A stretch of DNA of 64,000 nucleotides from Blasia pusilla (Eukaryota), in assembly GCA_050084515.1 (NCBI GenBank), contig CM114271.1:30814001-30878000 (forward strand). Direction: 5' to 3'. Under the pieces are notes generated by a model. It made no database searches, was not told where the DNA came from, and saw nothing but the letters and a program-made list of their open reading frames with translations. Within the stretch, counting starts at the first letter, position 1; each line of letters opens with the position of its first letter. This document shows, piece after piece, positions 58,661-64,000 of the stretch. Made by a program: the position numbers and the translations under genes.

Positions 58661-61600
58661 CACTCGCATAACATGATCTTCCACGATTGTACCCTCTTCC
58701 ACCATTGGATGATCCTTGCAAACATCACTAACCCAAGTTGTGCCCCCAAAAAAATTCCTCAATATTCACCACTACATCCCTTTGTGCATCTGATTCAACA
58801 ATATTGCCAATTATACTCATTAGCAAACAACTAACACAACCACCATTTGATTGTCAATCTCATTGATAAGATGCAGAATCCTCCCAATAGTCCACCACAA
58901 GGTTGAAGGCATGGGCTTGGGAACAGGTTGAAGGCATGGGAATAGGTACACAATCAGAAAACGAACGAACACGACCACCATTTGTCTGAATGGGCGTGCA
59001 GGATGTGGGCCCGCGTTGTGCCTACTCCTGTCCCGCCTTGAGGTAGCATAGGGCTAGACTTGCCATGCGTTGGCTTTGTGCAGGCCAATGAAGGCTCGAC
59101 ACAGGCCATGCAAGTTGGATGCAGGCTAGAAATGGGTGGCAAGAACCAAAGGTGGATCGTTGGGCTGGCCGCTGGGGTGCAAGCTAGTTGAGACTTGGTG
59201 TATGTCATAGATAGGGTGGGCCTAAGTACGGACCACAAGAACCTGAACCCGTATGGACATTTATATCCTAGGGACAACCATAAGTTTGCAGACACAAAAT
59301 TTTTCTGTGTGCAACCTTGGTCCATTATAAACCCCATGGGCTAAAACATCACACCACCAACAAGCATATTATACACCACTCACTACCTCAAGGCCCTTGC
59401 CATTAAGTAGTTGGTAAGATGCTCCAACTCTAGCCTCACCATCAACTCATGTCACATTTATGTGTCATGAGTTGCAGCACACTCAAAACACCAAGGGCTG
59501 TCTAAATCTGAAATTGACACCCCTGCAACTCGGACTGCTGTACTCCCAAACCCAAGACTACTGCATAGGTGGTATGGCCTAACATCAAGGGCTATGCTCA
59601 AGAGTAAAGGAACACGCGCAATGCCACACTTTGGTCCATATGTCGCACAAGAGGGTCGAACCAAAAAAAAGGGATTGGGTGTTATCCAAGAGAACAACAT
59701 CATGGATATGCAATGTATACTCATTCGCTAGTACCACCAGCGACTCCTCCATTTGAGTTGTTACCATCTGCCATGTATCGCTCAAATCCACTTACACTCG
59801 CCTCTCCACCAAGAGACACTACCAAATCTTGCATAAACTTAGAAGATGATGCAACCACGCTATAACTCTCACTCAATGTGGCCATAGATGTAAACACCTC
59901 ACATGACCCCACACCCAACATCTCCATATCCATGGACGAACACAAAGATGCTTGACACACTGATATTATCTCCTCCAACGACAAGCTTAATGGAAGCTCA
60001 TCTCAACCCTTGAACTCTCTACCTAGGGCATGGATGGTCCATGTTCGAGAGAGAGAACGCCTTGTGTGCCTTTCATGTGTGTGCCTTGACTATGCTCCCA
60101 GGTTAAAAATCTGGATAAAATTCCAGGCCTTCACAAAAGAAAAAGAAAAGAAAAACAAACAAAAACCAAATCTCCTGAGTGAGAACCCCAAATCTAGATG
60201 TGAAGGTGCCATGTCGGATGCGATGTCAATTTCACATATGTGGAAGAGGTCCCATAAGCCAGATCGGCTTCCGTGGACTAAAAATCTAATCTACTCTACT
60301 CTACTCCACTAGCAAACTTGCAATAAAACCTAACATACTCGATCTCCCATTAGATTCACTTGACTAGGATCCAACAATGGGTCCTCGTCGCCTCTGAAAC
60401 GCGAAAGACTACAGCAGATGCATCTATTAACTACACCCTCCTTGTTATGTGTTTCACTCCAAAGCAACACCTCACAACTCAAATGCTCTAGTTGTCCCAT
60501 GAGTCAGTATGGTGGTGACATCCACTTGCATGTCTGCCCCATAGTGACAATAATTCCATTCCCATTGCATGCCTTTTTCACAACCATCATACTTCCACCT
60601 CCAACTCCAACAACATGATGGCATGCATCCAAGATTCTTGACTTCTTGGCCTCCACTTGCAGCAACTTCAATTCATCCTTGGCATTTACTCACTTTTTAT
60701 GACTGCTTGCTCTTCTATCCACATAAATTCTTCATAGCTATAGTTGGTCCAAGATGAATTTCCTCGCGAACATCAACCCCTTCCTTCACATTCACCAACA
60801 CATCCGGCTGCCCATAACGAGGTGTTAAATTCTCACACCAACCTAGCTTCCGCTCTTTGATTAAGCAATCCTCCTACAGGCGACGTGAGCCATCCCATTC
60901 CGTGTCCATCTCGGCCCAAAAACTTCTGATGTCCACAAATATTTCATCTTCTGATGTCCATATCGTCAGGTCCATTCGACATTGAATCGTACTTTCCTGT
61001 TTACAACTTCACACTCTATGCAGATGTGCGAAAAAATAATACGCACGTGTCTGAAACGAAACGGTTTGCTTCGATGTAGTTCAGCGGTTCTTTCGAACCA
61101 ATGCCCGCCATTTCAGTTCCAGATTGATGATGAATCAATCTTCCTGCAAAGATGAGTACTTACACAGCAGACAGGCAGCTACACTATGTAGTGATTGATA
61201 TAGCCAAACACCTCTGTAGTCTTACAATATGGTTTGCCTGATCATGTATAAATCTTGAATTTTGATATAGTGCCCCAAGTTCAAAGATATAACATTTTTC
61301 ATGTCTCCATAAGATTGGGTGTTAATTAGATTTTTCATTCCATTTTGGATGTTATGCATCTGAAGATTCCGCAACAGCAAAATCTTTACATGCAAGAATC
61401 AAGAATTGGTATGAAAGAGTTTTTCTTTTTATTTCATACCAATTCTTGCCTATTTTGAGCCCATTTCCTCCCGGCGAGATGAATATTCACTCCTTACAAT
61501 GCAAAGTGTTTAGGGTTACCACTGGCGTTATTATTACCGGCTTTTAACGCTACTAATAATGCATGATCACATGATGAACCACAAAACCATTCACATTTCT

Positions 61601-61695
61601 TCCATGCCAGCTCTGCAATCTTTGTAGACGAGCACAGCTAAAGAATTTTTGGCACTGGAAACAAACCCAGCAGAGTTTCTATTGCATTAATTGCT

Positions 61696-63950
61696 CTACA
61701 CATACTTACCTCTGTACTTGGGTCTAGGTTCAGGGTTCTCAGACAAAAGATTGCCTTCCCCGCTAGGAGCGAAAACTATATGGTGAAGACTGCCAGAGTC
61801 TCTACTTTCTTTTAGCATCGCAGCATGGTTATCTTTGAACTCTTGATGGGTCTCTTTGGCTTTCAAGGCTAGGTCATCTGTATAACTGCAGGTTTTCTCC
61901 ATGGTCAGTAAACATCGGCTGTATCGAGTACTCAAAATTTGCTCACTATTGGCTATGAGAACGAAGCAAGGATGCTTAGGAAGGAAATCCTCAGTGCACT
62001 CATCACGTGGTGCTGGGTAGAAAAATACTAACCGGCCACCTATTACGAGAAGCCGGGCTGCCATATCTAGTAAGTCATGCAAACACTCTGCCAAAGTATA
62101 AGGTGCCGTAGAGGGAATGTGCTCTCTCCTCATATCTTCAGAAATGGTGTACGGATCTCGGATTCCTTGCAACATCTTGCGGCCCCCTGACTTACGCCCT
62201 CCCGCTCGGACGCCATATGGCGGATCACATATAACTGCATCAAAGACCTACTCAACGGACAGTCAAAAACAAATTAGCACCTGCTCAATGACCAGCAAAA
62301 CAAAATTAGCATCATTTCTCACACTGCCTCAAAGCTCCTTGTTTGTTTCCTCGAGAAGATTCTAGTGCACTTGAGCAGAAGTCAGAGAACCCAAATTATC
62401 AAACCTTGGTCTTCACCCGTTTTGAAACAAGCTTGGTGGCCTGTAATCCTGATGCAAATACTCTTAACAGAAGATGTTCTAGAGTATGAAGAAGACCATT
62501 AAAGTAGGTAACTCCACAATTGCATCCAGTATTATGCACTCAATCTAACAAGGGAAGGCTGAAGCACACCTCAGAGAGGCCAGGGCGCCAGGGTGGAATG
62601 TTGTTGTCTGCTCGGATGAGACCAACAGGGGCTGGAAGATTATACTGGAGGACAATGTCACATGGCCTCGATGAGTTTAGTACAGAAAGTAGACAAATGC
62701 TGGATAATGTATGCATTGTTGCAAGAATGTAGAGAGCATGGGCATCTCAATGTGAATATATATATACACACATGTGCACCAATATCAACCAGAAAAGTCA
62801 CAGACCTGCTTGAAATTGCTCCAAACATTTTTGTTTGGTCCACGACCATCTCGAACTACCCTAATATCAATATCTGCACCCTACACTCAACCAACACAGA
62901 TATGAGAAAGTAGTTGACAACTTCAGTTCTCTCTTGTTCTTCATAGTAGGAAAGCCAAGCTAATGAAATAATCTTTCCACATTACTGGCTTGTAGTGGTC
63001 AAGATGTCAAGAAACAGCAACATGATTAGGCATCTTTGAGCTGCATTTTCAAAGCCATTGCATTTGAACAGGTGATTTTGCTCCAATGATGAAATGAACA
63101 CTTCCTATTTATGTCAGCACAAGTTTGCACAATGGAAACCCAACATTCACAACTGTATTTGTTACCAGAAGGATCTTCCCAAAATAAAGGAATAGCCGTA
63201 AGAAAATAATTGCTTGCCACACTCATTGGTACATGCCTAGCTTTTTCTCATCTTGCTCTCAACTCTCTTAGTAAATATGTAAAAAGAACTGACCATAGTA
63301 AGTGCTCCAAAGTGCGCAGCAGCTACAAGTATACTCCCAGTCCCAACAAATGGATCATACACCAGCTTGCCTGGCTGGGCAAGAGCTTGATTTGCCATTA
63401 GGAGAGCAACTTCAGCATCCATAGCTGTAGGTCCAAGGTAGTTGCGTCGACTTAATTCATATTTTACAATCACCTTCCGGTCTGAGCATCCAATCTCTCG
63501 GCCAAAAATGATGGATGTATTGTCTGCGGGTGGTAATCCATTGTTCAAGTCATTGCCATCTGTCTCGATCACCCAGAATTTATGCTGTGGGTTCTTCAAT
63601 TGAACGTCACCCTAAGGATAGGAATTCCAAAACACGCTTCCACTAATCAGCATTTGCAGTGGTTGAAGCCTACTTCTGGAAAGCTCAAGAAAATAAAATC
63701 GTCCCACTTCAATAAGCCGAGATGAGATTTGAACACACCTTAAAAGGAATGTACGTAAATGAATGAATTCGCTTTGTTTGTTCTTCATTGGTAAAAATCT
63801 TCCCAAACGCATCCACAACAATTTTGAAAGTGCTGTTTTCATGCAGATATGGATCTTTTCTCTCTTTGGGGTAACTCTCAATGGCTGCCTGTAATTCCTC
63901 ATATGTTCTTCCTTCTCCCCAGACTTCAAATATCCCTTTCACAAGAACAC
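61696..63950 (-). CDS. TRM11: tRNA (guanine-10-N2)-methyltransferase homolog, 3' exons: 63950-63739, 63611-63294, 62880-62806, 62644-62570, 62247-61696; 5' exons lie beyond the window
   Basis: YLGPTAMDAEVALLMANQALAQPGKLVYDPFVGTGSILVAAAHFGA, GADIDIRVVRDG, FDAVICDPPYGVR; all junctions GT-AG and in phase. Confidence 0.93.
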
Positions 63951-64000
63951 CTGTACAAAACACCGAAGCAAAATGAGTGGGATGTGCCAACCCAACTGCA

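Noticed and set aside
53600-61000. Short ORFs in the AT-rich, CpG-depleted region
   Set aside because: Looks like old TE debris, but I could not identify any diagnostic protein motif, so no family is called.
61696-63950. Functional link between TRM11 and the retroelement methyltransferase
   Set aside because: TRM11 is an ordinary housekeeping tRNA amino-methyltransferase (DPPY type), mechanistically unrelated and about 45 kb away.

Overview
Eukaryotic land-plant genomic DNA with GT-AG introns. A bryophyte such as a liverwort seems likely from the gene and TE types, but that is inference. Host genes: two tandem intronless F-box genes, a 4-exon thaumatin-like protein, a 3-exon GH19 chitinase with a hevein domain, V-ATPase subunit G, a PAP16-like metallophosphoesterase, and the 3' part of TRM11. 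Between them lie decayed transposons: a CRE-like non-LTR remnant, a Ty3/Gypsy element, a long-TIR DNA element, a Ty1/Copia element with both LTRs, an intron-containing Helitron with an upstream higher-order tandem array, and AT-rich debris. The standout is the Gypsy element (about 13.1-18.05 kb, minus strand). Its pol region carries a DNMT3-like C5-cytosine DNA methyltransferase domain (motifs I, IV, VI, VIII, IX, X in order) between the protease and the reverse transcriptase. This copy is pseudogenised. All translations and alignments were done by eye; no database searches were run.
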